NCBI GenBank assembly: GCA_035934535.1
Contig: DASYXS010000097.1
Location: 1,505-65,504, forward strand
Direction: 5' to 3'
Origin: a bacterium
GTDB lineage: Bacteria; Sysuimicrobiota; Sysuimicrobiia; Sysuimicrobiales; Segetimicrobiaceae
DNA: 64,000 nucleotides
The position numbers were made by a program, and so were the translations under genes. Positions 36,279 through 50,387 of this stretch are shown in pieces. The notes beneath the pieces are model-generated. The model ran no database searches, was not told where the DNA came from, and worked only from the letters and a program-made list of their open reading frames with translations. Each line of letters starts with the position of its first letter. Position 1 is the first letter of the stretch.

Positions 36279-36308
36279 ATTGTGAAGGTCCCATAGAATG
36301 ATTGTGAA
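36279..36308 (-). promoter_or_regulatory. Putative sigma70-type promoter of the SHOCT-TCS-efflux operon
   Basis: On the minus strand the arrangement is TTCACA (36308-36303), 18 nt of spacer, then CACAAT (36284-36279). It lies about 85-110 nt upstream of ATG 36195 in the AT-richest part of the intergenic region. Confidence 0.4.
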
Positions 36309-38081
36309 CCCTGTCCCGGCCGGTCCCGGGCGGCGGCCCTCCCCGGGGGACCGCCCGGCGGCCGCAGCGAACTGTGGGGGCGTGTCGGAAGCCGCCCACC
36401 GCGCCCCGGACCGCATCACCGTCTCCGTCGTCCAGCACCGGCTCACGGCCATCGTCGCCGAGATGGGCGAGGCGATGCTGCGGACCGCGTACTCCCAGAT
36501 CCTCAACTCCAGCCGCGACTTCTCGACGGCCCTCTGCGACGCCGAGGGCCGGCTCCTTGCACAGGCGGAGCACGTGCCGATTCACGTCGGCGCCCTGCCC
36601 TGGTCGGTCCGGTCGGTACTCGAGTTCTTCCGCGGCCGGATTCGCGCCGGCGACCTCTACCTCGTGAACGACCCGTACCACGGCGGAAGCCACCTGCCCG
36701 ATCTGACCGTCGTCCTGCCCGTCTTCGCGGACGGGCGGCTCGTCTGCTGGGCGATCAACCGCGCCCACCAAAGCGACATCGGCGGCGCGACACACGGCAG
36801 CTATAACGCGGCGGCCACCGAGATCTGGCAGGAAGGCCTGCGGGTCCCCCCGCTCAAGCTGTACGACGCCGGTGTCGAGCGGGACGACGTGCTCGCGATG
36901 GTGGCGACGAACGTCCGCCACTCGCGCGATTTCCTCGGGGACCTCCGCGCGTCGATGGGCTCCGCGCGGCTCGGCGAGCGGCGTCTCCTGCGCCTGGCCG
37001 AAGAGTACGGCACCGAGATGCTGCTCGACGCGGTGCGTGAGGTCCTCGACGGCACGGAGCGGCGGACGCGCGCGTGCATCCGGCCCTGGCGCGACGGCGT
37101 CTACCGGGGCGAGGCCGTCCTCGACGACGACGGCCACGGCGCGACCGACATCGCGGTGCGCGCGACCGTGACGAAGCGCGGCGACGCGCTCACGGTTGAT
37201 CTGCGGCGCAGCCACCCCCAGGTCACGGGCTTCGTCAATTCCTCGCTGCCCAACACGATGTCCGCGGTGCACATGGCGGTCGCGTACCTGCTCGACGCGG
37301 ACATCCCGAAGAACGACGGGGCCTTCCGGCCGGTCACCGTGCTGACGGCGGAAGGCACGATCGTCCACCCGCGTCCGCCCGCGCCGGTCACGCTCTGCAC
37401 CAACCACTGCGGTCAGGAGATCGCCGAGTCGGTGCTCAAGGCGCTCGCGCCGGCCTGCCCGGACCGCGCCGTCGCCGGATGGGGCCGGCGATTCCGTATC
37501 GCGATTCGCGGCACGGACCCGCGCAGCGGGCGCCCCTTTATCTGGCACATGTTTCACGCGCGCCCCGGCGGAGGCGCGTCGGCGGCGGGGGACGGCTGGG
37601 CCACCGCGGGCGAAGGCCAGGCCGCCGGCGGCCTCAAGTTCGGCAGCGTCGAGGTCACCGAAGTCCGGTTTCCCCTGTTCATGGAACGGCACGAGTTCCG
37701 CGCGGACTCGGCCGGCGACGGACGGTTTCGCGGCGGGGTGGGCGCGCATCTCGTCATGCGCGCCGAGATCGAGGAACCCGCCGTGGCCAACACCGCGGGC
37801 GACGGCGTCCGGCACGCGCCCTACGGGCTGCTCGGCGGCCGGGACGGCGCCGTGCACCGGTACCGGCTGGTCTCGCGCGGCCGGACCCGCATTCTGCGCA
37901 CGAAGGAAGTCGGCATTCCCGTCCGGCCCCACGACGTGTTTCTGATCGACTCGTCGGGCGGGGGCGGCTACGGTCCGCCCGCGAAACGCGATCCCGATGC
38001 CCGGGCCGCCGATCGCGAGAACGGTTTCGTGACGTCGCGCGCGCCCGGGCCGCGCCGGAGACGCCCGGTGAAGGGGCGGCG

Positions 38082-38085
<4 letters not shown>
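36298..38085 (+). CDS. Hydantoinase B / oxoprolinase family protein
   Basis: 595 aa with a conserved core from ...DRITVSVVQHRLTAIVAEMGEAMLRTAYSQILNSSRDFSTALCDAEG. The start is uncertain. ATG 36298 has GAAGG 9 nt upstream but would add a Pro/Gly-rich leader of about 28 aa. GTG 36382 is an alternative. Confidence 0.85.
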
Positions 38086-40249
<2,164 letters not shown>

Positions 40250-40253
<4 letters not shown>

Positions 40254-41116
40254 CCCGTTTCCACCTTCGCCTTCGCAATCGCGGCGATCTTGTCGATGAA
40301 CACCGTCTGGCTGTCGTCCTCTGGGACGTAGCCGAGCTTGTCGCGCGCGTTCGCGATGCTCCAGAACCGGTGGGTGTTCCCGCTGATCCCGTAGACGATC
40401 AGGAACGGCACCCCGTGCTCGTCGGCGATGTGCTCGGTCTCGACCATGCGGATCGCCTGCTGCACCTGGTCGCGCCGGGAGAGATAGGCGCCGAGCGCGC
40501 GGTGCATCGTCGCGAGGTCGCCCGGGCCGACGTGGTCGATGTCGGTCTCGCGCGGGCCGCCGATGCGCCACTGCACGACCTCGAGGTGCCGGTCGTCCAC
40601 CCGGCCGGTCGCGAAGACGAACCCCAGGAGCTCGTACGCGGCCTTGGCCCAGCCGTAGAAATTGTCGGACCGCGGCGGCATCTCCGGGGTCACCATCTCC
40701 ATGCGGTGCTTCCAGATCAGCCGCTCGTAGTAGTCCGCCGCGTGGTTGGAGCTCGCGACGACGACCCGGCGCACGCCCTCTTCCAGCGCCGTCCGGTAGA
40801 CGTTGTAGGCGAGGGCGATATTCTGGTGCTCGGCCCAGAACTTCGCATCGCTGGTGTTGTGCCACGCATCGGGGAGGCCGGCGGCGCGGACGAAACCGCA
40901 GTGGATCACGGCGTCGGCGCCACGGAAGTGCGCGCGGTACCCGTCGCGATCGGGTTTGGTCAGGTCACAAACGACGATCCCGGGAACGGATCTGCCGTCC
41001 CGCGTCGTCGACGAGACGTCGAGCGGCACAAGGTCCCACCGCTCCGCCAGCTCCGGCAGCATCCGCTGCGCGATGTAACCCGCGGCCCCGATCAACACCA
41101 CCCGGCGCTTCGCCAT
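40250..41116 (-). CDS. NAD-dependent epimerase/dehydratase family protein
   Basis: The start is moved to ATG 41114-41116, preceded by AAGGAGCTGTTCGC (MAKRRVVLIGAAGYIAQRMLPEL), giving a Rossmann GxxGxxG. The protein is 288 aa. Its stop overlaps the hyuA-like stop region convergently. Confidence 0.8.
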
Positions 41117-41313
41117 GCGAACAGCTCCTTCGTGAGAGGATGCATTGCGGTGGACGCGGCACATTCTTCTCGGCCGCGCGGGCCGAACTCCTCGGGTGCC
41201 CGTTCGCGATCATCCCGAGTGCGCGAGGATCGCGATTCTATGGTTGGCGCGGCGCGGAACAGGGAAAATAGACGTTGACCTCCAGTAGCAGCTCCACGAG
41301 GAGGTGGATGAGT

Positions 41314-41391
41314 ATGCCGCTGTGGCTCGTTGCGTTCTTGTCCGGCGTTGCGTTTACCGTCGTCGTCACTTCGGTGGCCGGCGGCAAGTAG
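41314..41391 (+). CDS. Mini-ORF 1: 25-aa hydrophobic peptide MPLWLVAFLSGVAFTVVVTSVAGGK (unannotated, below the ORF-track cutoff)
   Basis: The start context is GGAGGTG with 9 nt between GGAGG and the ATG. It has a single predicted TM helix and is a paralog of mini-ORF 2 (12 of 25 aligned positions identical). Third-codon positions are mostly G/C, as in bona fide genes here. Stop TAG at 41389-41391. Confidence 0.55.
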   Translation: MPLWLVAFLSGVAFTVVVTSVAGGK

Positions 41392-41426
41392 CACGTAGCG
41401 GGCAAACCGAATAGCACGCCAACGGT

Positions 41427-41455
41427 GAGGGGCCGGGGCGCATGCTCGGCCCCTC
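41427..41455 (+). other. GC-rich hairpin downstream of mini-ORF 1
   Basis: GAGGGGCCG-(11 nt)-CGGCCCCTC is a 9-bp stem. There is no U-tract. A second 6-bp hairpin TATGCG-(8 nt)-CGCATA follows at 41461-41480. Confidence 0.4.
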
Positions 41456-41534
41456 GCGCTTATGCGGACGTTTGCGCATAGGCGAGCGGGGAAGAACAGT
41501 TCTGAGCCCGCCACTCTATAGGAGGTGAGCCGCA

Positions 41535-41609
41535 ATGCCAGAATGGCTCGTTTGGGTGCTGGCCGGCATCGTCGTTACCGCCGCGGTCATTAACTCGGGC
41601 GGTAAGTAG
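41535..41609 (+). CDS. Mini-ORF 2: 24-aa hydrophobic peptide MPEWLVWVLAGIVVTAAVINSGGK (unannotated, below the ORF-track cutoff)
   Basis: The start context is GGAGGTG with exactly the same 9-nt spacing to the ATG as mini-ORF 1. It has a single TM helix and ends GGK-TAG like mini-ORF 1. A canonical terminator follows. Confidence 0.6.
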   Translation: MPEWLVWVLAGIVVTAAVINSGGK

Positions 41610-41632
41610 CCGGATATAACAGCCTGTACGGA

Positions 41633-41670
41633 GGGGAGCCAGGTCACAACGACTGGCTCCTCGTCTTTTT
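41633..41670 (+). terminator. Rho-independent terminator after mini-ORF 2
   Basis: GGAGCCAG-(10 nt)-CTGGCTCC is followed by TCGTCTTTTT. The U-tract is oriented for plus-strand transcripts, which supports transcription of the mini-ORF region. Confidence 0.7.
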
Positions 41671-41672
41671 GG

Positions 41673-42490
41673 CTACACGCCGCTGAACACGCTGAACCCG
41701 CCGTCGACGGGCACGACCACGCCGTTGACGAACCGGCTGCCCGGCCCGCACAGCCAGAGCACCGTCCCGATGAGGTCGTCCGGCTCGCCGAACCGGCCGG
41801 CCGGCGTGTGCTCGATGATCCGGCTGCCCCGCGGAGTGAGGCTTCCGTCCTCGTTGGTGAGCAGCCGCCGGTTCTGATCACCGATAAAGAAGCCCGGCGC
41901 GACGGCGTTGACCCTGAGGCCCTCGCCGTGCCTGCGCGCCAGGTCCACCGCGAGCCACCGCGTCAGATTCTCGATCGCGGCCTTGGCCGCCGAATACGCC
42001 GGCACGCGCGTCAGCACGCGCTGGGACGCCATCGACGAGATGTTCACGATGCTCCCCTGCCGCGCCGCGGCCATCGTGGGCCCGAAGACCTGGATCGGGA
42101 GCAGCGTGCCGGTGAGGTTCAGGTCGACCGCGGTGCGCCACGCCTCGACCGGCAGATCGAACACCGACCCGCCGTTTGCCAGCGTCGCCTGCGGCAGGTT
42201 GCCGCCGGCCGCGTTCACCAGAATATCGACGCGCCCCCACCGCCCGACGATCGCGTCCCGCGCGCGCGCGAGCGCCGCCGCGTCGAGCACGTCGGATGCG
42301 ACCGGCATCGCCTCGCCGCCGGACGCGGCGAGCTGCGCCGCCACCGCCTGCGCGCGCTCGAGCCGCCGCCCGAGGATGGCGATCCGCGCGCCGGCCGCCG
42401 CGAGCCCGCGCGCCATCGCGGACCCCAGCGCACCGCTCCCGCCGGTGACGACCGCGACCCGGCCGCGCAGATCGAAGAGCTCCGCGGGCT

Positions 42491-42494
<4 letters not shown>
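41673..42494 (-). CDS. SDR family oxidoreductase (mannonate / 5-keto-gluconate / KduD-like class)
   Basis: The start is ATG 42492-42494 (MKPAELFDLRGRVAVVTGGSGALGSAM), an ATGA overlap with the upstream stop. The catalytic motif is YSAAKAAIENLT. It is the last gene of the 9-gene operon. Confidence 0.88.
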
Positions 42495-44004
<1,510 letters not shown>

Positions 44005-44005
<1 letters not shown>

Positions 44006-45405
44006 CAGAAGTTACCCGGGTCCGGCCGCCCGGCGGCCTGTCCCATCCGGCGGGCGGGCGCCGGACCGAGCGGCGGGCGCAGCGTCCCGTCGTCGGTGAA
44101 GGACAGCGCCATGGGCGACGCGCCCTTCACGACGGCCGCGTGCGGCAGCAGGTCCGGCACGAGCGCCTCGGAAACCGCGACCTCGCGGACCGCGAGCGTG
44201 TTGCGAATGTAGACGAGGCGTGCTTCGCCGCCGTCGATCCGCGGCGCCGTGAGCACCGCCGCGTCCAGCACGTCGCGGTCGGTCGCAAGGACCATCGGCA
44301 GGCGGACGGAGTCGATGACGGTGGACGTGAGCGCGTTCATGTAGGTCGCGCCGAGATCCACCTTCCGCAGCACCCGCTGCGCGATCAGGTCCGCCATGCC
44401 GACCCCGTTGGCGTTGCCCTGCGTCTCGTCGGTCAGATCCAGCACGGCGATCTTCCGGATCACGGGGCCGCCGGACGCGAACGGCGTGGGGTAGCGGCCG
44501 GTGAGGTTCGGATCCATGCCGTCGCCGCTGATGTTCTTGCCGATCTCCTGCACGACCAGCACGTCGGCCGCGTTCACGGGCAGGCGGGCCATGAGGCCGC
44601 GGGCCCGGTCCAGCAGCGCGGGTTCGCGCGCGAGAAACTCCTCCGGAGCCACCACCGCCACCTGCACCGGCACGTCGTACGCGTCTTCGACCGTCGCGAC
44701 GCCGAAGAGCAGCGGCGCGCGCCGCGCGACGATCCCGTACCCCTCGACGAGCCGGCCGGCGAACCCGCCGAACCCGGGCGCGTGCATCGACTGCGCGCCG
44801 CGCTGCTTGCCGATGCCGATCACGGCCATTTTCACGAGGCCGCTTTCGATCGTGCCGCGGAACGCCGTGTGCGGCTTCACGCGGCCGACCGCCACCGCCG
44901 CGCCGGCCTCGAAGGCCTCCCGGTCCCAGAAGACCCCCGAGCCGTCGGCCAGCCGCCCAAGCTCGACGACGTCCATCGACGACACGATCGGCGCGCCGAC
45001 CGCCGCTTCGGTCACGCCCAGGCCGGCGAGCACCTCCCGCTGGCCCTCGGCGGTCGCGCCGCCGTGGCTGCCCATCGCCGGCACGACGAACGGCTCCGCA
45101 CCGCAGCGGCGCAGGGCGTCGACCACGGCCTTCGTGATGAGCGGAATCTCGGCGACGCCGCGGCTCCCGACGGCGACCGCGACCCGGCCGCGCGGAACGC
45201 GGCGGGCGATGTCGGGTACCTCGATCTGGCGGTGGATCTCCGCCTCGACGTCACAGCGGCCGGGTGTCGGGAATTCCTGGTGCACGCGGACGACTCGGGG
45301 CAGCGCGACCGTCGCCGGCGCCCGGATGCCTTCCACCGCGACCGACGCGCCCCGGCCGCCGCCCGTGCGGGCGCCGTCTCCCCGATCGTTGTCCGTGCCG
45401 ATCAC
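44005..45405 (-). CDS. LarA-family (DUF2088, nickel-pincer-nucleotide-dependent racemase/epimerase-like) protein
   Basis: About 466 aa. The start is tentatively GTG 45403-45405 (GTGA overlap with the iolB stop); a downstream GTG (VAVEGI...) is possible. It contains VVPAMGSHGGATAEGQ and GRVKPHTAFRGTIESGLVKMAVIGIGKQRGAQSMH. That is a His...PH...K...(16 residues)...H pattern reminiscent of LarA His108/His174/Lys184/His200, recalled from memory. larE, larB and larC lie about 6 kb upstream on the same strand. Confidence 0.55.
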
Positions 45406-46199
45406 CCCTTCCGGCTCACCCACGCGTGCGCGGGATCCTCGCTCGCCATCAGGCGCCGTCCCTCGCCGGCGAGCGCCCAGAGATAGTACAGCCGGTACCC
45501 GGGCGCGGCGACGACGGGATGGTAGCCCCACGGAATGAGCACGGTGTCTCCGTCCTCCACCACAAACGTGGAATCGACGTGCCGCTCCGGCGAGTAGAGG
45601 CGCTGGAACCCGAAGCCCTCTTTGGGTTTGACGCGGAAGTAGTAGACTTCCTGGAACACGGCTTCCCGCGGCGGGTCGTGACGGTCGTGCTTGTGGGGCG
45701 GGTAGCTCGACCAAGCTCCCGGCTCGTTGAACGTCTCCCCGGCCACGAGGCGCTGCGCGTGCTTGGACTCGTCGAGGATCGTGTGCACGGTCCGGCGCGA
45801 TGGGCCTTCGCCGCGGACCGCGACCGTGACGTCGGGGGGCCGGATCACGTACGCCTCACCGCCGGCCGGCGCCGGCGCCCGCAGCGCGGCGATCTCCGCC
45901 GGTCCGGCCGCGGAGATGCGATAGGCAATCCCGGACGGCACGTACACCGAGGTCGGGACTCCGTCGAAAACGTCGCTGCGTCCGCCGAGATTGCCCCAGG
46001 CGTCCATACCCGCGACGGCGATCGAGCACGTGCCGCCGAGAATCACGAGCAGCGACTCCCGCCCCGGCGAGACGGCGTCCATCGGCAGCCCGGGCTGCGG
46101 GTGGAGGATCGCGAGCTCGAGGCCGTCCGAGTCAGAGTTCTTGGGGTTCACGATCTCCGAGACGCCGTCTCCGGCGCTGCCCTTGAAGAACACCTTCAT
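45402..46199 (-). CDS. iolB: 5-deoxy-glucuronate isomerase (IolB family cupin)
   Basis: The start is ATG 46197-46199, preceded by GGAGGTGTCGCG (MKVFFKGSAGDG). Strong IolB blocks are AWSSYPPHKHD, FQEVYYFRVKPKEGFGFQRLY, IPWGYHPVVAAPGYRLYYLWALAGE and DPAHAWV. Confidence 0.85.
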   Translation of the reverse strand: MKVFFKGSAGDGVSEIVNPKNSDSDGLELAILHPQPGLPMDAVSPGRESLLVILGGTCSIAVAGMDAWGNLGGRSDVFDGVPTSVYVPSGIAYRISAAGPAEIAALRAPAPAGGEAYVIRPPDVTVAVRGEGPSRRTVHTILDESKHAQRLVAGETFNEPGAWSSYPPHKHDRHDPPREAVFQEVYYFRVKPKEGFGFQRLYSPERHVDSTFVVEDGDTVLIPWGYHPVVAAPGYRLYYLWALAGEGRRLMASEDPAHAWVSRKG

Positions 46200-46249
46200 C
46201 GCGACACCTCCGATGCATGCCTGCTGCTCCGCGGGCCCGCTGCCAGGGG

Positions 46250-47503
46250 TCAGAGGCGATCTTTGAGCGAGACCGAGACCGCGGGATCGGCCCAGCGGGT
46301 GTTGGGGATCAGCGGATACCAGTCCGGCCGCCCGGGATCCCGGTCGTAGGCGTAGCCGCCGAGCCGCCGGTACAGGTCGGCGTAGCGGCCGACTTTGTCG
46401 CGGTCGAGCCGGACCCCGAGCCCCGGTGCCGTGGGCACCGCGACGCGCCCGTTGCGGTAGGCGAGCCTGCCCCCTTCGATCACGTCGTCGGCGAGATGGT
46501 GGTAGTGGGCGTCGGCCGCGAACGTGAGGTTCGGGATCGCGGCGCCGAGGTGCAGCATCGTCGCGAGCTGGATGCCCAGCTCGCCCGACGAATGGACGGC
46601 CACGCCGAGCTGGAACGTCTCGCAGACCGCGGCGGCCTTGACGCACGCGCGGATGCCGCCCCAGAACGTCGTGTCGAGCAGCACCACGTCCACGGCCGGC
46701 CGGAGCACGTTGGCGGCCAGCTCCTCGAAGTTGATCACGACCGTGTTGGTCGCGAGCGGCACGCGCACGCGCTCCCTGAGGCGCCGCAGACCCTCGAGCC
46801 CCCAAGTGGGATCCTCGAGGTAGTCGTTCCGGAGGTCCTCGATGGCCCGGCCGAACCGGATGCCCTCTTCCACGCTCAGCACCGCGTTCGGGTCGTAGCG
46901 CAGCGCGTCGCCCGGAAAGGCCTGCGCGAGGGCGCGGTAGCACTCGAGCTCGTAGTCCGGCGGGAAGACCCCGCCCTTCAGCTTGTGGGTGCGGAAGCCG
47001 TGCGCGCCGCGCAGCGCCCGCGCGTGCGCGACGAGCTGCTCGACCGTCCGGACCTCGCCCGCCCCCGTCGCCGGGTCGGCGTAGCGGAAGAACAGGTAAC
47101 TCGCGAACGGCACCTCCTCGCGCAGCGCGCCCCCGAGCAGATCGTAGACGGGCACCCCAAGCGCCTGTCCGACGATGTCGAGGCAGGCGAACTCGATCGC
47201 GGCGTGCAGCTGCGTGCGGTTGTTGTAGAGGCTCGCGGTGGGGTTGCAGATCTTGAAGCGCAGCGCCTCGAGATCGAAGGCGTCGTGCCCGACCACGTAG
47301 GACTTGAGGCCGGCGAGCGCGGCTTCGGCGGCCTCGCCGCCTCCGCCCATCTCCCCCAGCCCGACGAGCCCGTCCGCCGTCTCGAGCTCCACGATCGTGC
47401 GCACGAACCGTCCCCAGTGCGCGCCGTTGCTGTGCCGGAGCGGTGCTTGGAGCGGCACCGTCACCGTGGTCGCGCGGAGGTCCGCGATCGGAAGGCGCTT
47501 CAC
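46250..47503 (-). CDS. Enolase-superfamily acid-sugar dehydratase (glucarate dehydratase-like)
   Basis: The start is GTG 47501-47503 ([14 protein letters not shown]), a GTGA overlap with the permease stop. The rest of the track ORF to 48292 is spurious. Blocks are [32 protein letters not shown] and LATNTVV. Confidence 0.8.
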   Translation of the reverse strand: MKRLPIADLRATTVTVPLQAPLRHSNGAHWGRFVRTIVELETADGLVGLGEMGGGGEAAEAALAGLKSYVVGHDAFDLEALRFKICNPTASLYNNRTQLHAAIEFACLDIVGQALGVPVYDLLGGALREEVPFASYLFFRYADPATGAGEVRTVEQLVAHARALRGAHGFRTHKLKGGVFPPDYELECYRALAQAFPGDALRYDPNAVLSVEEGIRFGRAIEDLRNDYLEDPTWGLEGLRRLRERVRVPLATNTVVINFEELAANVLRPAVDVVLLDTTFWGGIRACVKAAAVCETFQLGVAVHSSGELGIQLATMLHLGAAIPNLTFAADAHYHHLADDVIEGGRLAYRNGRVAVPTAPGLGVRLDRDKVGRYADLYRRLGGYAYDRDPGRPDWYPLIPNTRWADPAVSVSLKDRL

Positions 47504-48342
47504 CGGCGCACGCGGATGACCATGTTCACCGGGTTGACGAACCGCAGCGCCGCGATGAGCAGGATGAGGCCGGTGACCATGTACACGACCGCCATCGCGT
47601 CGATCGCTTGAGCGGGCCGGATGCCCGCCGCGAACGCGGTGTAATAGAGCGCGACGACGAGCGTCTGGCTCTTCGCCCCCGACACGAGGAACGTCAGCTC
47701 GAACAGCGCGATCGCCCGCACAAGGATGAGGAGCCCCGCCGCGAGCACGCCGGGCAGGACGATCGGCAGCAGGACGCGCGCGAACATCCGAAGCGGCGGC
47801 GCGCCGAGCGTCCGCGCCGCGCGTTCCAGGTTCGGATCGATCTGCTCGAAGAACGGCGTCATGATCAGCACGACAAACGGCATCGCCGGGACGATGTTCG
47901 CCACGATGACGCCGGCGAGTTTGCCGCCGAGCCGGAGCTTGTAGAGCATCGCGGCGAGCGGGATGCCGTAGGTGATCGGCGGCACCAGCATCGGGAGCAC
48001 GAGGAGCATCAGGAGCGCCGCGCGCCCGGGAAAGGCGCGCCGGGCCAGCATGTACGCCGCCGGCACGCCGAGGGCGAGGCTGATCAGCGTCACGGTCAGC
48101 CCGACGACGATCGTGACCCCGAGTAGGTAGCCGAGATCGAATTCGGCGAGCGCGAACCGGTACCACTTCGTGGTGTACGCGTCGGGCAGCCACCCGCCGA
48201 ACCATGTCGATGCGATCGAATTCAGGAACGCCGACAGGAAGATGCCGGCCACCAGCAGCGCGAACAGCCCGACGATCGCGTAGACCCACCACGCCGGGCC
48301 CTCGCCCGTCGCCGGGCGGCCTCCTGCGATCGCCCGGCTCAT
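47500..48342 (-). CDS. ABC importer permease (PotC/CysW-like, binding-protein-dependent family)
   Basis: The start is ATG 48340-48342 ([30 protein letters not shown]), an ATGA overlap. The EAA loop is [27 protein letters not shown]. Confidence 0.88.
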   Translation of the reverse strand: MSRAIAGGRPATGEGPAWWVYAIVGLFALLVAGIFLSAFLNSIASTWFGGWLPDAYTTKWYRFALAEFDLGYLLGVTIVVGLTVTLISLALGVPAAYMLARRAFPGRAALLMLLVLPMLVPPITYGIPLAAMLYKLRLGGKLAGVIVANIVPAMPFVVLIMTPFFEQIDPNLERAARTLGAPPLRMFARVLLPIVLPGVLAAGLLILVRAIALFELTFLVSGAKSQTLVVALYYTAFAAGIRPAQAIDAMAVVYMVTGLILLIAALRFVNPVNMVIRVRR

Positions 48343-49256
48343 CCGCGGCCGCCGATCGTCGGACCGCGGTAGGCGCGGTTCCGCGCCGTGAGCACCAGGG
48401 CGACGAAGACGAGTTCGATCGCCCCCATCACCATCGCGATCGCCGACGCGCGCGGGTAGTCGAACTGTTCGTAGGCGGCCTGCCACGCGGCGAGCGCGAT
48501 CACCCGCGTGGAGCCGGCCGGCTCGCCGACGAGCACCGCCGACGGAAACACCGAGAACGTGGCGACGAACGACAGCGCCGCCGCCGCGGCGATCCCCGGG
48601 GCCAGCAGCGGCAGCGTGACCCGCCGGAGGCGCTGCCACCAGCCCGCGCCGAGGGTCCGCGCGGCCTGCTCGAGGCGCGGATCCAGCCCCGACGCGTACC
48701 CGAGCAGGACGAGGAAGACCGCCGGAAAGTCCGAAATCGTGAGCGAGAGAAAAACGCCGGTATAGTTGTGAACGAACTGCACCGGAAACTTGACGAGATG
48801 CATCGCGAGCAGCGTCTTGTTCACCCATCCCCCCGGCCCGAAGAACTCGATCATGCCCTCCGCGAGCAGCACCGTGCCGAGCGTCATCGGGATCACCAAG
48901 AGACCGGTGATCACGCGCTGGCCTGGCAGCGGCCGCCGCAGCCGGTAGGCCAGCGGGAGCGCGAGGCAGAGGTCGAGCAGCGTGACCGGGACGGCGAGCC
49001 GCAGCGTGTTCCAGATCGACAGCCGCTCGCGCGGATCGCCGAAGAAGGCGGCGTAGTTGGCGAGCGGGCCGCCCTTGGCCAGGGCGCCGAGCGGCGAGAC
49101 CGACAGCTGCAGGCCGTAGATGAAGGGGTAGACGAAGAGCGCCAGGACCACGAAGAGCGCGGGGGCGAGCGGCACGAGCGGCCCCCACTGGAAGCCCGCC
49201 CGCCCCATGACGGGGGGTGTGCCCCCACCCGCGCGCATGCCGGCGGCCCGCTGCAT
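48339..49256 (-). CDS. ABC importer permease (PotB/CysT-like)
   Basis: 305 aa with EAA loop [27 protein letters not shown]. The start is uncertain: ATG 49256, or internal ATGs at 49238 and 49208. Confidence 0.85.
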   Translation of the reverse strand: MQRAAGMRAGGGTPPVMGRAGFQWGPLVPLAPALFVVLALFVYPFIYGLQLSVSPLGALAKGGPLANYAAFFGDPRERLSIWNTLRLAVPVTLLDLCLALPLAYRLRRPLPGQRVITGLLVIPMTLGTVLLAEGMIEFFGPGGWVNKTLLAMHLVKFPVQFVHNYTGVFLSLTISDFPAVFLVLLGYASGLDPRLEQAARTLGAGWWQRLRRVTLPLLAPGIAAAAALSFVATFSVFPSAVLVGEPAGSTRVIALAAWQAAYEQFDYPRASAIAMVMGAIELVFVALVLTARNRAYRGPTIGGRG

Positions 49257-49262
49257 CCCGGC

Positions 49263-50387
49263 CTACTCGGGCGGAAACACGAGGAGCCGTTCCGGATCGG
49301 CCCGCAAGATCACGGACGCGCCGCGCTCGAGGCGCGACGGGGTGCGGACGACGAGCGGGTCGCCCGCGTCCGCGACCACGCTGCACTCGAAGGCGTCGCC
49401 GATAAACTCCGCAAACTCCACCTTCGCCGGGACCCCGGGCCCGCTTCCCGCGGGCAGCACCTCGACGTCTTCCGGCCGCACCGCGGCCACCGCCTCGGCC
49501 CCCGCGGTCACGCCGTCGCGCACGGTCCCGGCGAGCCGCAGTCCCCCGGAGGTCGTCACCTCCGCACGGGTTCCCTGCACGCTTGCGACCTTCACCCGGA
49601 ACAGGTTGCGGTAGCCGAAGAAGTTGGCGACGAAGGCCGACCGCGGACGGAGGTATACCTCCTCGGGCGTACCGACCTGCTGAATCATGCCGTCTTTCAT
49701 GAGCGCGATGCGGTCGGAGAGCGACAGCGCCTCTTCCTGGTCGTGCGTCACATAGAAGGTCGTGAGGCCGAGGCTCTGGTGGAGCCGGCGGATCTCCACC
49801 CGCATCTCGAGCCGCAGCTTGGCGTCGAGGTTGCTGAGCGGCTCGTCCATCAGGAGGAGGCGGGGCTCGATGACGAGCGCGCGGGCGAGCGCGACGCGCT
49901 GCTGCTGCCCGCCGCTCAGCTGCGCCGGATACCGGTCGGCCGTCTCCTCGAGATGCACGAGCCCGAGCGCCCCCCGGACGCGGCGCGCCACCTCCTCCGG
50001 CGGCGTGCCCATCATCTCGAGGCCGAAGGCGACGTTCCGTCCGACCGTAAGGTGCGGGAACAGCGCGTAGCTCTGGAAGACGACGCCGAAGCCCCGTTGC
50101 TCCGGCGGGACCGGCGCGAGGTCCTCGCCGTCGAGCAGGATCTGCCCGGCGTCGGGATCGATGAGGCCGGCGAGCAGATTGAGCGCCGTGCTCTTGCCGC
50201 AGCCGGATGGGCCGAGCAGGCTCACGAACTCGCCGCCGTGCACGTCGAGGTCGAAGTCCCTGAGCGCGGCGACGTCGCCGAAGCGCTTGCCGAGGCCGCG
50301 GAGCTCGACGCGGCCGATGGTGTGCCGCCGGCTGAGAGGGCCCGCGCCGTCCTCGCCGCGGGCCCGAACTCGGGTCTCCGCGCTCAC
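49263..50387 (-). CDS. ABC importer ATP-binding protein (PotA/MalK-like with C-terminal TOBE-type domain)
   Basis: The start is GTG 50385-50387 (VSAETRV...), a GTGA overlap with the SBP stop. It has Walker A GPSGCGKST and signature [15 protein letters not shown]. Confidence 0.9.
   Translation of the reverse strand: MSAETRVRARGEDGAGPLSRRHTIGRVELRGLGKRFGDVAALRDFDLDVHGGEFVSLLGPSGCGKSTALNLLAGLIDPDAGQILLDGEDLAPVPPEQRGFGVVFQSYALFPHLTVGRNVAFGLEMMGTPPEEVARRVRGALGLVHLEETADRYPAQLSGGQQQRVALARALVIEPRLLLMDEPLSNLDAKLRLEMRVEIRRLHQSLGLTTFYVTHDQEEALSLSDRIALMKDGMIQQVGTPEEVYLRPRSAFVANFFGYRNLFRVKVASVQGTRAEVTTSGGLRLAGTVRDGVTAGAEAVAAVRPEDVEVLPAGSGPGVPAKVEFAEFIGDAFECSVVADAGDPLVVRTPSRLERGASVILRADPERLLVFPPE

Noticed and set aside
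36274-36308. TGTGA half-sites as a CRP/FNR-type site (TGTGA-N6-TCACA)
   Set aside because: No inverted TCACA partner lies at the required 6-nt spacing for any copy here or at 12451/12528. The copies are direct repeats, not palindromes. I interpret them instead as promoter hexamers or response-regulator repeats.
41092-41881. ORF-track entries 41092..41535 (147 aa) and 41516..41881 (121 aa) on the minus strand in the large gap
   Set aside because: Both have TTG-type starts and no SD. They have Arg/Gly-rich composition and overlap the SDR gene end or the epimerase gene start. The plus-strand mini-ORFs, with perfect SD spacing and terminators, explain this region better.
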